Shown piece after piece: positions 14,935 through 28,394 of a DNA stretch of 57,660 nt (within the stretch, counting starts at the first letter, position 1; every line of letters starts with the position of its first letter). Made by a program: the position numbers and the translations under genes. The notes under the pieces were generated by a model. It did not search any database, was not told the origin of the DNA, and worked only from the letters and a program-made list of their open reading frames with translations. The stretch comes from Octopus bimaculoides (taxonomy: Eukaryota), in the NCBI RefSeq assembly GCF_001194135.2, contig NC_068998.1, positions 254,117-311,776 of the forward strand, written 5' to 3'.

Positions 14935-15255
14935 TTTGTCTTGCAAGTACTTGGTGAACCTGTCAGTGCAGGTGCCACTTAACAGTGCCCAGTCCTCACT
15001 GTAAAGTGGTTGGTGTTCAGAAGGGTATCCAGCTGTAAAAACCTTGCCAAAACTGACCCCACCTGTGCTTGTGCCATATAAAAAGTATTAAGTCCACTCT
15101 GTTGGGTGATTGGTGTTAGGAAGGGCATCCAGCTGTAAAAATCTTGCCAAAACAGTCACAGAAGTCTGGTGCAGGCTTCGACCTGGCAGGCTCTTGTGGT
15201 ACTGTCCCACCCCTGCTAGCATGGAACACAGATGTTAAATGATGATGATGATGAT
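14935..15255 (+). mobile_element. SINE family A copy, older, with internal duplication
   Basis: The aagggcatccagctgtaaaa...ttgccaaaac block occurs twice; ends gctagcatggaacacagatgttaaatgatgatgat. Confidence 0.8.
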
Positions 15256-15309
15256 ATATACACACCTATGTACACACTGATGTATATCATCATTTATCAT
15301 CTATTTTCC

Positions 15310-15670
15310 TGTGTTTGCATGCATTAGGAAGAACTTCTCCAATGCTGCTTCCAGCCACTTGTTGAATTCTCTTGAAGCTAGTCTTTACCTTTTGCTGCCA
15401 GGTCTTTGTTGGTCATCCTTCTTTTGTAGATTCCAACTCTTTACATCACTTGGTGCTTCTTTCTCCAATCTGTATCTCACAATTACATTTCTGTACTAAT
15501 GATGTAGTCTTCTCTTCACCTATCTCTGCTCGTTTATTTACCTTTTGCATCATTCACCCAGCGGGGCATGCTTGCCTCATTTCTTTCCTGTTTTCACATC
15601 ACATTGCTGCATCTAATGCTCATGTTTTACTACCATGCATCATTGCATTTGTTATACAAGTGCCTCATAA
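15310..15670 (-). mobile_element. Decayed RTE LINE 3' fragment
   Basis: Minus strand yields ERNEASMPRW and RPTKTWQQKVK-like remnants (cf. ERNEASMLRW, GRPRKTWDEVVK of RTE reverse transcriptase C-termini). Confidence 0.65.
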
Positions 15671-15686
15671 AGTCACCACCACCACC

Positions 15687-15726
<40 letters not shown>

Positions 15727-16479
15727 TTACTACTACTACTGCCACTACTACTACTGCCACTACTACTACTACAAAGTGTAAGCAACTGGTGAGGCCAGTT
15801 TCCAACAGCTGACTTTTTTTTTCTGGATATTTCACTCAAGTGAACTTGTAACAGACAGGAATTGAACCAATATCCATGTTTTGGTAAAAGAAACAGCCTC
15901 ATCACTTTAGAAAAATAACGTTTGGTTGCATAACAACAATTTCAATAAAACTAGTTGTTTTCTTTTAGTTTTCTTTGTTTTTTAATTGTTTTTTTTTTCT
16001 TATTGAAGTCAGCTTGTTGTTGTATTGCTTGTTATTTCATTGTTCCATGTCATCATGGCCTTTCAGTCCTTCCATACACAAGACCAGACTACAACAACAA
16101 TACTCAATTTCATGTTTACCTTCAATACTTGCTCTACTGTTAACAAAACAATTGCTTCATTAATCTGATGAAGACCAAAACTCTACCAGTTGCCTTTCTT
16201 TTTTTGTTTTTGTCTCTGTTTGATCGATACTCAGAGAAGCAGTGGGATGATGTTGTTGCATCATCATTGTCATCATCATCATCATCATCGTCATCATCAT
16301 CATCATCATCATCATCTGAGTGACCCAAGTCATTTCTTGCCAAAACTCCCTCAAACTAAACTAAAATTTTATTCTTGCTATTTATAAAAAAAAAATATTC
16401 TTATTATTGTCTTCCATTCATGAATTTCTTTTCTTTTTCTTTTTGCTATGATATCTTAGATGAGAATGAATTTTGGAAT

Positions 16480-16920
16480 TTCAACATTTTCTTGTTGCAG
16501 AGATGTGGGTGCCAAATATTGTGAAGATATCTTCCAGAAAGCTTTACTTTATTTCTCAGATCTGTGAGGTGTAGCTCTAGACACTGGAAAGCTTTTAGCA
16601 GTGAAGAACTCCTTCTCTAAAAGAGGAAGTGTGAGTGGGAAGGGATTGAAATTTGGGGAAATTAGGGTATTCTGTTAGAAGAGAGAAGATTCTAGAAAGT
16701 CATGATAGTCTTTGTTAGAATGAGAGTTTGTTGATGATGGTTGCTGTGGGTGCTCACTGTGGAAAATAGTTGAATGGGTGTGTAGGAGAAAGAGAATAGA
16801 GACTGAATTCTTGGCAATATCGATGTAACTAAAAAGTTCTTTTATAGAAATCAGTTAAAGACAAAGAAATTTGTTGTGGCTTGTTTTGGAGATTCTGTCT
16901 TTTCCACTTCCTGCTGAGAG
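16480..16920 (-). mobile_element. Possible highly decayed CR1/Jockey-like LINE 3' end
   Basis: Minus-strand SLTDFYK...CQEFSLYSLSP loosely resembles the SLSLFYRYY...CSSEL C-terminal motif; heavily degraded. Confidence 0.35.
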
Positions 16921-18938
16921 ACAGGGCTCATGAAACAGAACTTTTATTAGTGAAAGACTTGCTATGAAATAAGCCCACCCATATTTCTTCTATATGGTGT
17001 ATTAAAGGTTAACTGTTTCCTCCTGTTTTCTCCTTGGGTATCATAGCTCCATATACTCATAATTATATGTGAATATTTGTTGAGCACTTTTGGTGAAAAA
17101 TACATTGCTAAGACTAATTGTAATATACTCTGAGAGGTATCTGTGTTGTGTGTTGTGTTGCCAAATATGTGTGTGTGTGTGTGTGTATATATACACATTC
17201 AAGCTTTCCGCTTCAGAACTTCATCCCACTGGAAGTCTTTCTCTGCCCTCTTTTTTTTTTCTTTTCCTCCTTCACCTACCAACTTGTAACTATTCAAGAA
17301 CAATGTCTACTAGATCACTCTGTTCCCAATTTTGCACCCAACCATTTCCCCCATACCTGGCCCTACTCTCCCAAAACAAAACATTAGTTGATTCAATTAA
17401 GTACAATTGTTTTCTGCAAAATTTTACTTCCTAATTCTTCTTGATAAATTATCATTAAAGATGTAATAGAGACAATATAGCACCTGACTGAATATCTTTA
17501 GTTGAGCACTTGATTATTTTTACTGGGGTTTCCCCACTTCCCAGTTTGATATAATAATTATTTTGATAAATTCTTTCAATTATTTAAACTCTTTATTCTT
17601 CTACTGGTTTTAGCCTTTGAGTGGTGGCCATTCTAAGACACTGCCCTCAGCTTGGCATAACAAATGGAGTGTCCTTGTATCCCAAACTTTTGGATGTTTT
17701 TGGCTAACCATGTCTGCTCTATTTGATGTTTTCTTCTTTGCCTGATCTTGAAATATGAAACAATATATCAGTCTCTCTTTATTCAGACCTGTCCTCCTTT
17801 TGTGTCGTCCTCTTGATTTCATACAAAGTCCAATATTGTGATATGTGGTGATTGCCTTAGCAATTTACCCAAGAAGAAATTTTCAAGAAGAAATATATTA
17901 CAGCAGAAGGGTTGAAGAGATGGCTGTGAACCCTCTATATTGGAAACAACAAGCATAGGTTAATGCTGAAATAGGAATGGAGGTGTAGTGGAGTGACCCT
18001 AGCTAAATTTGCTGAAGTAGACATATGGCTTGGAGGTAACTGACCAAACATTTGTGGGTTGATCAATACATATTGGAGATCATATTACAATCTGGTTTCT
18101 TAATCTCAGGAAAAGCATCTGCAGCTTTTATAAGTCGAAGGAATACTTCCAGAGGGGCAGAAGTTAAAGGCAGCAATTATTATTAAGTTGTGAATATTTG
18201 GCTATATTTCATCTGGTTTACTTTCCACTTAACTTTAAAATTACCATCTCTTTTGATGTGGATGTCTGTAAACTAGATTTGGTATTGGCTGTATTGATTC
18301 CTTTCAATTTGACATCAATATATCAATGGATTATTGGGGATAAAATTGTACTCTATTCCAGTGATTTTATATCATTTCCCTGTAATGCCATCAATTTGCC
18401 TCACAGTTATGTATCCTGCTTTCAAAATTAGTGTTGTCTTCCTTGCTATATCATGATCATTGAGATAATCACCCGCTGTTGTTAATGATGATGATGGTGA
18501 TTTATCTCAACTGGTCATACAGCTCTCAGTTTATTCAACAGAAAACAGAAAAAAATTTATAACAAATGAATTTGATTTGTCTGACATAAAATGTGAATCC
18601 CAGGGAAAAGACTAGTTGGGTTGGTGGTGGTGGTAGGGGAGGTGGTAGGGGCAGTTTGTTGATGAAAAGACTTAATTTAATTGGTCATTATTTTCTCCAG
18701 TAAAATTGTTTTATGGAAAACAATTAAATGGAATTCTTATTAGCAACAATAGTTTAGCCATCAGGTCAACTCTGTTTGAGATAGGTATATCTAGGAATAC
18801 ATTATCCCATGTCTTTCTATTTTTAAGATGGTAGAGTGTAATTTAAGGAAGATTTGGTTGCTATTTTGGGAAGGTTAAGCAATTGCCTTTTGTTTTAACT
18901 GAAGTTTGTAATGCTTTTGTAATTACTGCTGTGTGTAT

Positions 18939-19024
<86 letters not shown>

Positions 19025-19180
19025 NNNNNNNNNNNNNNNNNNNNNNNNNNNNNNNNNNNNNNNNNNNNNNNNNNNNNNNNNNNNNNNNNNNNNNNNNNNN
19101 NNNNNNNNNNNNNNNNNNNNNNNNNNNNNNNNNNNNNNNNNNNNNNNNNNNNNNNNNNNNNNNNNNNNNNNNNNNNNNNN

Positions 19181-19212
<32 letters not shown>

Positions 19213-21747
19213 ATTAATGATTAAGAGAGATGGAAGATATGGAAATGTTTATTGATCACTACAATTGTTTCGACCTATCTAGCATTGATCCCACATGGTA
19301 TTACTCTGTTATGTATTATATTCCAACTATATTACTGTCATCTGTTATAAACCACCCATTATTACTATGTTGGGTATTAGATGTCCAACTATATATTGCT
19401 ATATTGTGTTATGTACGATCTCTATAACTGTGCTGTTGACTATATATATATTACAAATATATATATATATATATACATATATATTACAAATATATTTCTG
19501 TATTTTATTATGATGCTACAATATTATGTAATGCTTTAATATGATCAGCCAATTTGGCTTTGCTCCAAATGAATGTCCATTTAATCTCCTTAAAGACTTA
19601 TTTCTTTGTGTATTTCTCATTCCAACATTTCTTGGTAACAAAGAAAAGATGAGTCTTTGTTGTGATTTTGGCAATATTGGTTGCTCATAATGGTTTCTTT
19701 TGATATTTCAAAGAGTTTATTTGCTTTTAAGAAAAATATCCTATTTCATGAAGATAATGAGAGGAAAGATCGGTTTAATGCTTTATGACTAATGAACCTT
19801 GATGAGGAATAGATTTAACAAAACAAATGTTTATGTGGGTCCTTGCAGTAAATTATTAGGAATCATTTTATTTACCTCTCTGGCAGGATTCAAACTTAAA
19901 ACAGAATATGGTATTGAAAGTAAATACTGGAAGGTACTTAGAAAAAGTATAATTTTTTTTTTGAAATAACTTGTAGTGTTTGAGTTTATTGCCATGGTAA
20001 AGTAGGGGCCATATTAAAGAGTGGGGATTGGATGTATGAAGAAGGTGAATAGGGCTTACCTGGGAAAAGCTGTAGATATCAGCAGTTGATTGTGTATTTT
20101 ATTTGTTGTCATTTAATTACTACAGAGAGTCTATAAGAAGTAGAGAGTAGTTGTGGGATGTTGGTGATGAAGAAGGATTGGTCATAATGTTTCCACCACA
20201 AATACCTCTCTTATCTGAGGTTTCCTACACTACAAGGCTTGTTGGCTTGTGAAGAGTGGGGCTTAGGGTTAACAGGACTCAGAAACACCATTCTATTGCA
20301 GGCAAGGTTTAGACTCAGTTCTGAAAGCTTCTGAAGCCGTTATATACAATTCCATCCTACTGCCAATAATTAAAACAAAGCCTTGACCCATGAATGGGAG
20401 TTGATAAGCCATAAGGATGATGTCAAAAACACTACAGCTTTCAGTAATTACCAGAAGTAAACACAATTCATTCTTTAAAGTTGTAGGTATGTCCATAATG
20501 TAAAACAGATGTTATAAAAATTCATTAACAATTTGGTTCTCTTAATTAACAGTGAACATTAGAAAAAAATTATAACTGTCAAAGAAATAGTTTAATCATT
20601 TACCAAATTAATTCTGCACTTGATATTAATTAACAAAATGTCATTTTACATCCTGTTTGTAAAATTATTTACAAATTTTCCAAACACCTTTTCATCTTGC
20701 AACTGAAATTAGGCAACTGTAAATTCTACAATTAGAATGAATTTCATGTCCATCTTTTCTTCTTAGATCTTTCATGTTACTGCAGTTGTTGTTGTTAGAT
20801 GGGTACAGGACCAGTAGGGTGTCAGATAAACAACCCCTTTCTGTAGAATTGATCAAATCAACTATACTTTGCTTCTAAAACATTTCTGGCTGTTTGCCAA
20901 TGTAAAAGCTTCTTGTAATTGTTCTAGGAATTATAGGGACCCAGCAGAAATGGTAACACCAGGGATTGAATGTCTTGCAGAATTTTGTTTTCTTTGTTCC
21001 GAGTTCAAATTCTGATAGGGATCATTTCAACTCTCATCTTTTTGCTAGACACAATATCAGGGCTAAGAACTGGCCATCTTTATTACTCTTGTATGTGGGA
21101 CATATTTTGTTTGGAAGACCCCCCCCCCCACGTTCTGTCACCAACAGCTTTGCAACTTGCACTGTTTTTCCAACACTAAAAACATTGGTCTTCAGTGAGA
21201 CTTAAAGTTCCCTTCTGTCACTTCAGTTTGTTCGTTTCTCTCTCTCTCTCTGTCTCACTCTCTCTCTCCCACTCTCTCTCACACACATACACACGTGCAC
21301 ATACACATACAGATGAAAGGATGGATAAATAAATATATATTTACACATACACTAACACACATACATACACATATTTATATAAATATAGTTTTACTCTTTT
21401 GCTTATTTCTCTTCTATTATTTTAATGTTGTTGCTGTGTTGCCCTTGTGTCATAATTCAATTTAACACCATCCCAACTCAGTTAATACCCATCACCTGTG
21501 TTTAATAACATCCAAGGTGAGAGAGCAGGGTAGGTGTCCACCCTGGTAACTTCCTCCCACAAAAAGAGCATAGTGTTTAACCTCTTCCTCCTCCTCCTTA
21601 TAGATTAATGCAAATACAAACCTATCTCTTGCCCCAGGACAATACCCAATGATACCGTAAAAGTAGGTTTTGAACTCGCTATCTTACAGTCAGTCATTTA
21701 ATATATTTGTTTAAAATCATTTTCTTTTTCTTGTTTCAGTTAAAACC

Positions 21748-21809
21748 ATGGCTACTGATGAGGATGTACCTTTTAGCAGCATTTATGATTTGCAAGAAGT
21801 TATTGGGAG
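21748..21809 (+). CDS. CASK: First coding exon of a CASK-like (calcium/calmodulin-dependent serine protein kinase, MAGUK) gene; partial CDS, 62 nt, phase-2 donor
   Basis: Acceptor ttttctttttcttgtttcag| ends at 21739, start context AAAACCATGG, donor GGGAG|GTAAGC at 21810. Translation MATDEDVPFSSIYDLQEVIG(R/S) aligns with the CASK N-terminus ([20 protein letters not shown]), whose first coding exon also ends in phase 2 just before GPFSVVRR. CaMKII has the same intron position but a poorer sequence match. The identity rests on about 20 residues. Confidence 0.8.
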
Positions 21810-22228
21810 GTAAGCTACACTGTTCTGATTATATAATTGTATTGGCATTGTTTATTCTAACATTGAAAATAGCTCCATGTATGAGGAATCTGATATTTAT
21901 TTAATCTGAAATTGTTTTCAAGTTTCAAGAAACAATAAGAACTCTGAAGTGAACCGTGTTCTCTCCAGACTTTCTTTTAACAAAGAAACAGGATTATCTT
22001 GCATAAATATAGTTTTTTTAGTTTTACATCATCTGCATATGGATATTTATTTGTTTTTGTTTGTATTTGTCAGCTTCCTTTGTTGTTGTTGTTGCTGCCA
22101 GTAGTGTTGGACTAAATACCATATCATATTTACTCACACATCCCTTTAATTTCTGTGTTCAAACTCCATCGACGTCAATTTTGTTTTACACCGTTTCCAT
22201 ATTAAATCAACAACTGATGTGACTGCGT

Positions 22229-22448
22229 GTCAGTATTAGTCAGTATTAGTCAGTATTAGTCAGTATTAGTCATATTAGTCAGTATTAGTCAGTATTAGTC
22301 AGTATTAGTCATATTAGTCAGTATTAGTCATATTAGNNNNNNNNNNCAGTATTAGTCATATTAGTCAGTATTAGTCATATTAGTCAGTATTAGTCATATT
22401 AGTCAGTATTAGTCAGTATTAGTCATATTAGTCAGTATTAGTCATATT
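22229..22448. repeat. Minisatellite of mixed GTCAGTATTA (10 bp) and GTCATATTA (9 bp) units, about 22 visible copies, interrupted by a 10-N gap
   Basis: Read directly from the sequence. Confidence 0.97.
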
Positions 22449-23799
22449 TATTTCTCTTGACTTTGTTGTCATTTCATTGCTGTGGATGAAATAAGGATTA
22501 GACTTCTGCCATCATTGTTTTTCTTTCATTCTATCCCTCCCCATCTTTCTCTTGCCTCCCCCCCCCCCATGGCCTTGTGACAATCTAAAGCATTGTTATT
22601 TCATAGCATAACCCACCTGACCCCCACCCGACCCCACTCTACAATATATCTCTAATTGCAGCAGTTGATCAGGATATAAAACAAAAACAAAACTATTAAT
22701 TTGAGAAGTTTAAACAATGATTCGATAAAATTACTCAATCTCGAGTCTCATATTTTTCTTTCCTACAACATCAATGTTAACTGCTCCAACCGGTTTTTCA
22801 GGATATTTTTATACATCACTTGAATGATGATATCTACTCTAAGCTAAACCAATGTATATGTGTGTGTGTATGTGTGTGTGTGTGTGTGTGTGTGTTATGA
22901 TAATCTAGATTATTGCATGTGTCTGTGTAGATATGTAGGCTGTGTGTTCTTATATATAAACTGTGTATCAGCTTGATATTATTATTAATATTATTAATTA
23001 CTATAACTATTAACACTACAATAGCGAGTGGCACAAATGGCACTGTGCCATAATGGAATTTAGACATTTGTATTTTAGTTCTTTCTAGGATTTGCTCTGC
23101 TTTTTTTCATCTCAAAGGGTTGGGGGCAGGCTTATAGAATGAGTACCAGTTTTCTACTAGATTCAGTTGGATTGAACCCCCCCCCCCCAAATTACACATG
23201 TGGTTTTGTGTCAAAGATACAAACACAAACATGTGCACCCCCACGCCCACACATTTGTGCAGTCTGTTTCCAATGACATCACTTTCCCCATAACTAATGT
23301 CATAGTCTGTATTATCTGGAACTCACCCTCTGTTTATGTGTATACCCAAATAACTTGCTAAAACTGCAATATTTTTGCCAAACAAACAAAAGCTGTTTTT
23401 GTTTATTCAACATTAATTAATCAAAAGAAATTAAAAGTTGAGATAGTTTCATTGATTTCTGAGCTGATTAGAATGAACAGTGGAAAAAATGTCACAGTCA
23501 ACAGCAGTTGTAGTGATGGCACTAACATTTTGTGATGAGGGAGTAGATTCTGGACAGATGTGATGGTTGGTAATAAACTATTCAATACTGGATTAGAGGA
23601 AACTGTGTTAAAGATTTGGGAAACTAAAGAGGGTTCTTTAGGGAATCTTTTATCATTGAATTTGGTAAAATAAGTTTCTAGGGTTCTCAACAACCCATGA
23701 ACTTGCCTTCTTTTACAAAAATTATCAATTTTTAATCTTCTTCTTCTTCTTCTTCTTCTTCTTCTTCTCATAACCATCATCACTATTATTATTATTCTT

Positions 23800-24150
23800 A
23801 TTATTGAGTGAGAGAACAGTGCATGTCATCAAAGTGACACTGGGGTAAAATATACGAAGCCCAATATACCAATCATGACTACCTGTCTGGTAAGGGTACA
23901 CGAGGCACATGCATCACAACCATATGTGCGTGACATGGAAACCATATATCAAGATAAACAGTGCATGACCTTACAGGTGAGGTCCAGTTAGAATTTCCTT
24001 CAGGTCAAGTGGCCCATCCCACTCAAAAGGTTCCTGAATAAGGGTTGTTTAAGGATGTTGAATGAAACACCCATGTTTATAAAGGTGAGTCATCCAAACC
24101 CCCAAAGAACCCCTCTCAACACATGGCTGTGATGCTCCCCCACTACTTCT
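23800..24150 (+). mobile_element. Interspersed repeat family E copy
   Basis: Matches 2590-2885 in the opposite orientation. Confidence 0.8.
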
Positions 24151-25219
24151 GGGTAATATTATCATACCAATCAGTGGTTGAACTAATGAGATAGTCCAGG
24201 AAAATATTGCCTCTAATAAGTGGTATGGCCACACTGTCACATGACCAATCTAGTCATCTGTTGGTCATAGAGAAAAGACAACCAAGTTATTGGAAGCAGC
24301 TAATAATGCAGTGGCAACAGATGCATATTTAGTGGTGTATAGGACTAAGTGTAACTGTGGTTTCTCATTCAATAGAGAGCACTGATGAGGTGTGTCTTTC
24401 AGATAATTGCTAATAAATTAACAAACATACAATCCTGTTTAGTATTTATTGATTTAAAAAACAAACAAACAAACAAACAAACAAACAAATGGCATTGAAC
24501 AGAATTTTATATTTTTCTCAAATGACCAATGAGAAAAGTTGGTGTGTATGAAGGGTTCATGAAAACTGTTGATGTTTGAGGGACATAGGGATGTAAAATG
24601 GGATCATAGTGGCATGTATGAAGGGTTCAGGAAAACTGTTGATGTTGGAGAGACTTAAGAAATGTCATTTGTTCTTATCAAATGAAACTTATGTCAAAAC
24701 ATCCTTATATAAAATACTTCCCTTTTTAGGAAATCTATGGATTTAAAACTAAGTGGGGCAATGAATGAAGGCAACACTTCACTTATGTTAAAGCTAGTTA
24801 CATTCTATTTATAAATTTTGAAAGTTGGTTCATAATACAATGTTTTTAAATTTGAAATTTTTTTTTGTTTTGTTTTAAATTTTAATTCGTTTCAGGTAAT
24901 TAAAAAGAACTTTATTTAGTTGCAGCTTCATTATTTAAAAGTAAAGCAAGAATTTAATGAGTCTTGAAAATAAATTGTTAAATTTCATTGTCAATGTCTA
25001 ATTTTGGTTGACTGAAATTCTTTAAAAAAGGATTCAATGAAGGCAAATCTCATTCTGTTTTACTTGGAACATTTCATTCTGTCTCTTATTTTGATACCGG
25101 TTTGGGAAACCATTTACACATTTACACAGCTCTATATTTTAGGTGACTTGTTGTTGGAGCAGCAGCAGCAGCAGCAGCAGTTGTAGCAGTAACAGTAGTG
25201 GTAACAGTAGTAGTAACAA

Positions 25220-25257
<38 letters not shown>

Positions 25258-25924
25258 AATGTCTGGTTTGCTGTGTTTTGGCCAAACCTTCACACTGCGA
25301 GAGAGAGGAAGTGAGTGAGAGAGAGAAGTCGATCAAATTGACCAATAGATGCAATTATTCAGTTATGAAAATCTACTGCCCTAACAACTATTATAAATAT
25401 GATAATGAAGACAGTGAGTAAATTGGTTCATTATCAGAGAAGTTATTATTGTTATTATCAACTTTAGATGAACTCCCTTGATGACTATCACTTATTGTTA
25501 ATGGATAGGGTGGGGGGAGTGAGAGCAGTAAAGATGTATCAGGCTTTAGTCTCACTTTGTAGTTTGATTTATGATAGTTGTTTACTGCATTAAATCCTAA
25601 ACTACTCTGGTGTGTGCGTGTGTGCGTGCGCGTGTGTGTGTGTGTGTGTGTGTGCGTGCATAGGGACAGGTGCTGGCATGGCTGTTTAGTTTCAAAGTCT
25701 ACTTCTTAATCATGTGATTTTGGGTTCTCTCTCACTATGTGGAACCTAGGGCAAGTGTCTTCTATTATAGCATCTTACTGACCAATGCCTTGTGAGTGAA
25801 ACTGGCAGACAGAATGGTAAAATGGAATTGAAGAATATGAAGAATATACCAGCTAAATAATCTACTTCTTCCTCATTATCATTGTCATCATCACCATCAT
25901 AACAGTTTCCCAGACTCTTATGGG

Positions 25925-26320
25925 AACAAGTACCACTCAACATGTACCATTCACTAATCACTTACAGCTCTACTCAACAGGTACCATTTACCAATTACTC
26001 ATAGCTCCACTCAACAAAAACCACTCACTAATCACTCACAGTCCCACTCAACAGATACCGTTCACCAATCACTTACACCCCACTCAACAAGTACCACTTA
26101 CCAATCACTCACATCTCCATGCAACAAGTACCATTCACCAATCATTCACAACTCCACTCAACAGGTACCACTCACCAATTACAGCTCCTCTCCACATGTA
26201 CTATTCACCAATCACTCTCATCTCCACGCAACAAGTACCACTCACACCTCCACTCAACAAGTATCATTCACCAATCATTCACAGCTCCACTCAACAGGTA
26301 GCACTCACCCATCCATTAAT
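25925..26320. repeat. Degenerate minisatellite of about 35-36 bp (ctccactcaacaggtaccattcaccaatcactcacag-like), about 11 copies
   Basis: Recurring cactcaaca..tacc..tcaccaatca blocks; strong C/A strand skew. Confidence 0.9.
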
Positions 26321-27037
26321 CTCTTCTGTTGATATTTTATCAAAATTAACAATTCCCTTCCAACACATTTGATTCCTCTCCAGTCTCTTTAAATCTTCTA
26401 TGTTTAACTTCTATGATTTCCATAAAATCTCATGCTTCTTAAATATACCTTATATGGTATGTCTTTTGAGAAACAAATTCTTGATTCTGAACATAACTTA
26501 CTGAACTTCTTTTATTCCATTTTGGCTCTAGTTATGATCTTTTAAATTTATGCCCATTATCTTTTGAAAACGAAGGCCTTTGCTGCTAACTTTTCCTCTC
26601 TATTTAATCTATCTACATTCCAAGAATCATTTGTCAAGATCTTACAGCATCATTTATAGAGCATTGCCTGTAGAGATTCCACAGAAGTACAGTGTGACAT
26701 TTTCTTTCAAAATGGTTTAGTGGGGGCCCTATTTATTGGAAACCCTGCAATCTTTTATTGAATTTATAAAATGAAAAGAACCACCCTCACCCTCTCCACA
26801 ATATGTGTTACGGAACTGCAGACAGTACAACAACGATGTAATTAATTGTCCTTTCCAAAAAGAAAAAAAAAAACAAAGTAAAAGATTTGAGTCTTCCTGG
26901 ATGGAATCAAAAGACAGAAAATGGACAAACAAGTAAAAATATAAACCAACAAATAATAAGAAAAGGAATCAGATTGTTGGTGATGTTTGCAGTGATGTTT
27001 TGAATGTTGTGTTTGTGTTTATATGTATTTATATATG

Positions 27038-27320
27038 CAGGGTGCGATGAGTAAATTGTTGCCATTTTATATTTATAATTTCGTGCATGTGCATTGTTTG
27101 TTTTTGGTTTTGTCGACTACACATTACAGTAGGGTCAGTTGGACACCATCTATGAGGAAAACAGCTCTATGACACAATTTGGAAACAACATTCGTACCGG
27201 CAGCTCCAATAGGAACATTTCAGAGAGTTTGGGTGTCAATTTGAAGACAATGCAACCTGAGAACAAGTACCGAGAGTGATAAAAATCAAAGATCCAGTCA
27301 AGATCATGGTGTTTGGAGTG
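27038..27320 (+). mobile_element. Internally deleted Tc1/mariner-type element, 5' end
   Basis: Begins with a CAGGGTGCG TIR-like end after a TA-rich site and contains the transposase-like remnant KIKDPVKIMVFGV (cf. the HP-x-x-IMVFGV motif). No right TIR was seen. Confidence 0.6.
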
Positions 27321-27924
27321 TGTGCGTGTGTGCGTGCATGTGTGTGTGTGGCCTGGTTGGCTGTCTACTGTGAATAACAACTCTGTTGTCCCAGATACAT
27401 GACTGGTACTATAATATAGGGGTTGCACTTCTTCTGTAAAGCTTCAGTAAATGTTCTGTTGATGGAGACATTCTCTGACGTTCATCAGATTGAAGTTAAT
27501 TGATTAGTTATCTCCATAATAAGGTTGAATTAAAATTCACAGCAAGCTTTTCTAAATTAAAAATGACTTTAAATAAATTGGTGAATTCACTTGTCAGTGT
27601 TTTGCATGTTCTGGCATTGTACAGTTGTTCTGTCTGTTCTTCCTGATCTGTCAAAGACTTTAGCTTTATTTAACTTTTGGTTTTTAGGAAACACAGACAT
27701 TGTTTCTTTGTTAAATCATCCAAATTTAAATCAATTTATTTTAATGTTTGCAGTAATTATTTTAGATCGTTAGTTACAAATTTGTTAAAATTGAATCTTT
27801 AAAGTACTCAAGTTTTTTTCTTTGTTTTTATTCATGGCTAAAAACTATCATTTCAAATATTTAATATCATTTCATTAAATACAAATCTCATCCATTATTT
27901 TAAATTTAATGCTACTATTCTGGC

Positions 27925-27975
<51 letters not shown>

Positions 27976-28064
27976 GCTTTGCAGTTAACCTCTCAACATA
28001 TGTTTACATTGTTTTCATCTTTTAATCATGTTTTAAATAGATTATTATTGTTGTTGTTGTTGTT

Positions 28065-28285
28065 GCTAGTTGGTAGAATTGTTAGAGCATCAGAAAAAAA
28101 TGTTTTGCAGTATTGTTCCTTTTTACATTCTGAGTTCAAATCCTTTGAGGGTCAACTTTGCCTTTCATTCCCTCCAGGGTCATTAAAGTATGGTACCAGT
28201 AAAAGTTCTGAAGTTGGTGTTATTCACTTATCCCATTTTGCCCTCCAAAGCACTGGCTTTCTACCAAAATTTGAAACGACTATTA
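28065..28285 (+). mobile_element. SINE family B copy
   Basis: ttctgagttcaaatcc...gggtcaactttgcctttcattcc...aagtatggtaccagt, ending at a TAT/TTC tail. Confidence 0.8.
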
Positions 28286-28286
28286 T

Positions 28287-28358
28287 TTCTTCTTCTTCTT
28301 CTTCTTCTTCTTCTTCTTCTTCTTCTTCTTCTTCTTCTTCTTCTTCTTCTTCTTCTTC
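28287..28358. repeat. (TTC)n microsatellite
   Basis: Read directly from the sequence; lies between a SINE tail and the R4/Dong-like 3' end. Confidence 0.98.
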
Positions 28359-28394
28359 ATTATTACCATTATCCATATTGTGCATGAATGTCTT

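Noticed and set aside
16500-16568. Strong acceptor followed by MWVPNIV, reminiscent of the Cys-loop receptor WxPDI motif
   Set aside because: Poor donor, no further similarity, and it sits in what looks like a LINE 3' end on the opposite strand.
22170-22177. CRE-like CGACGTCA just upstream of the AP-1-like array
   Set aside because: Aligns to the gaggtcga position of a decayed family-B SINE, so it is probably a chance mutation.
25363-25413. 51-nt exon-like segment with an ACA|GTGAGT donor
   Set aside because: Weak acceptor, and it has a stop in the CASK frame (at most a poison exon); no support without RNA data.
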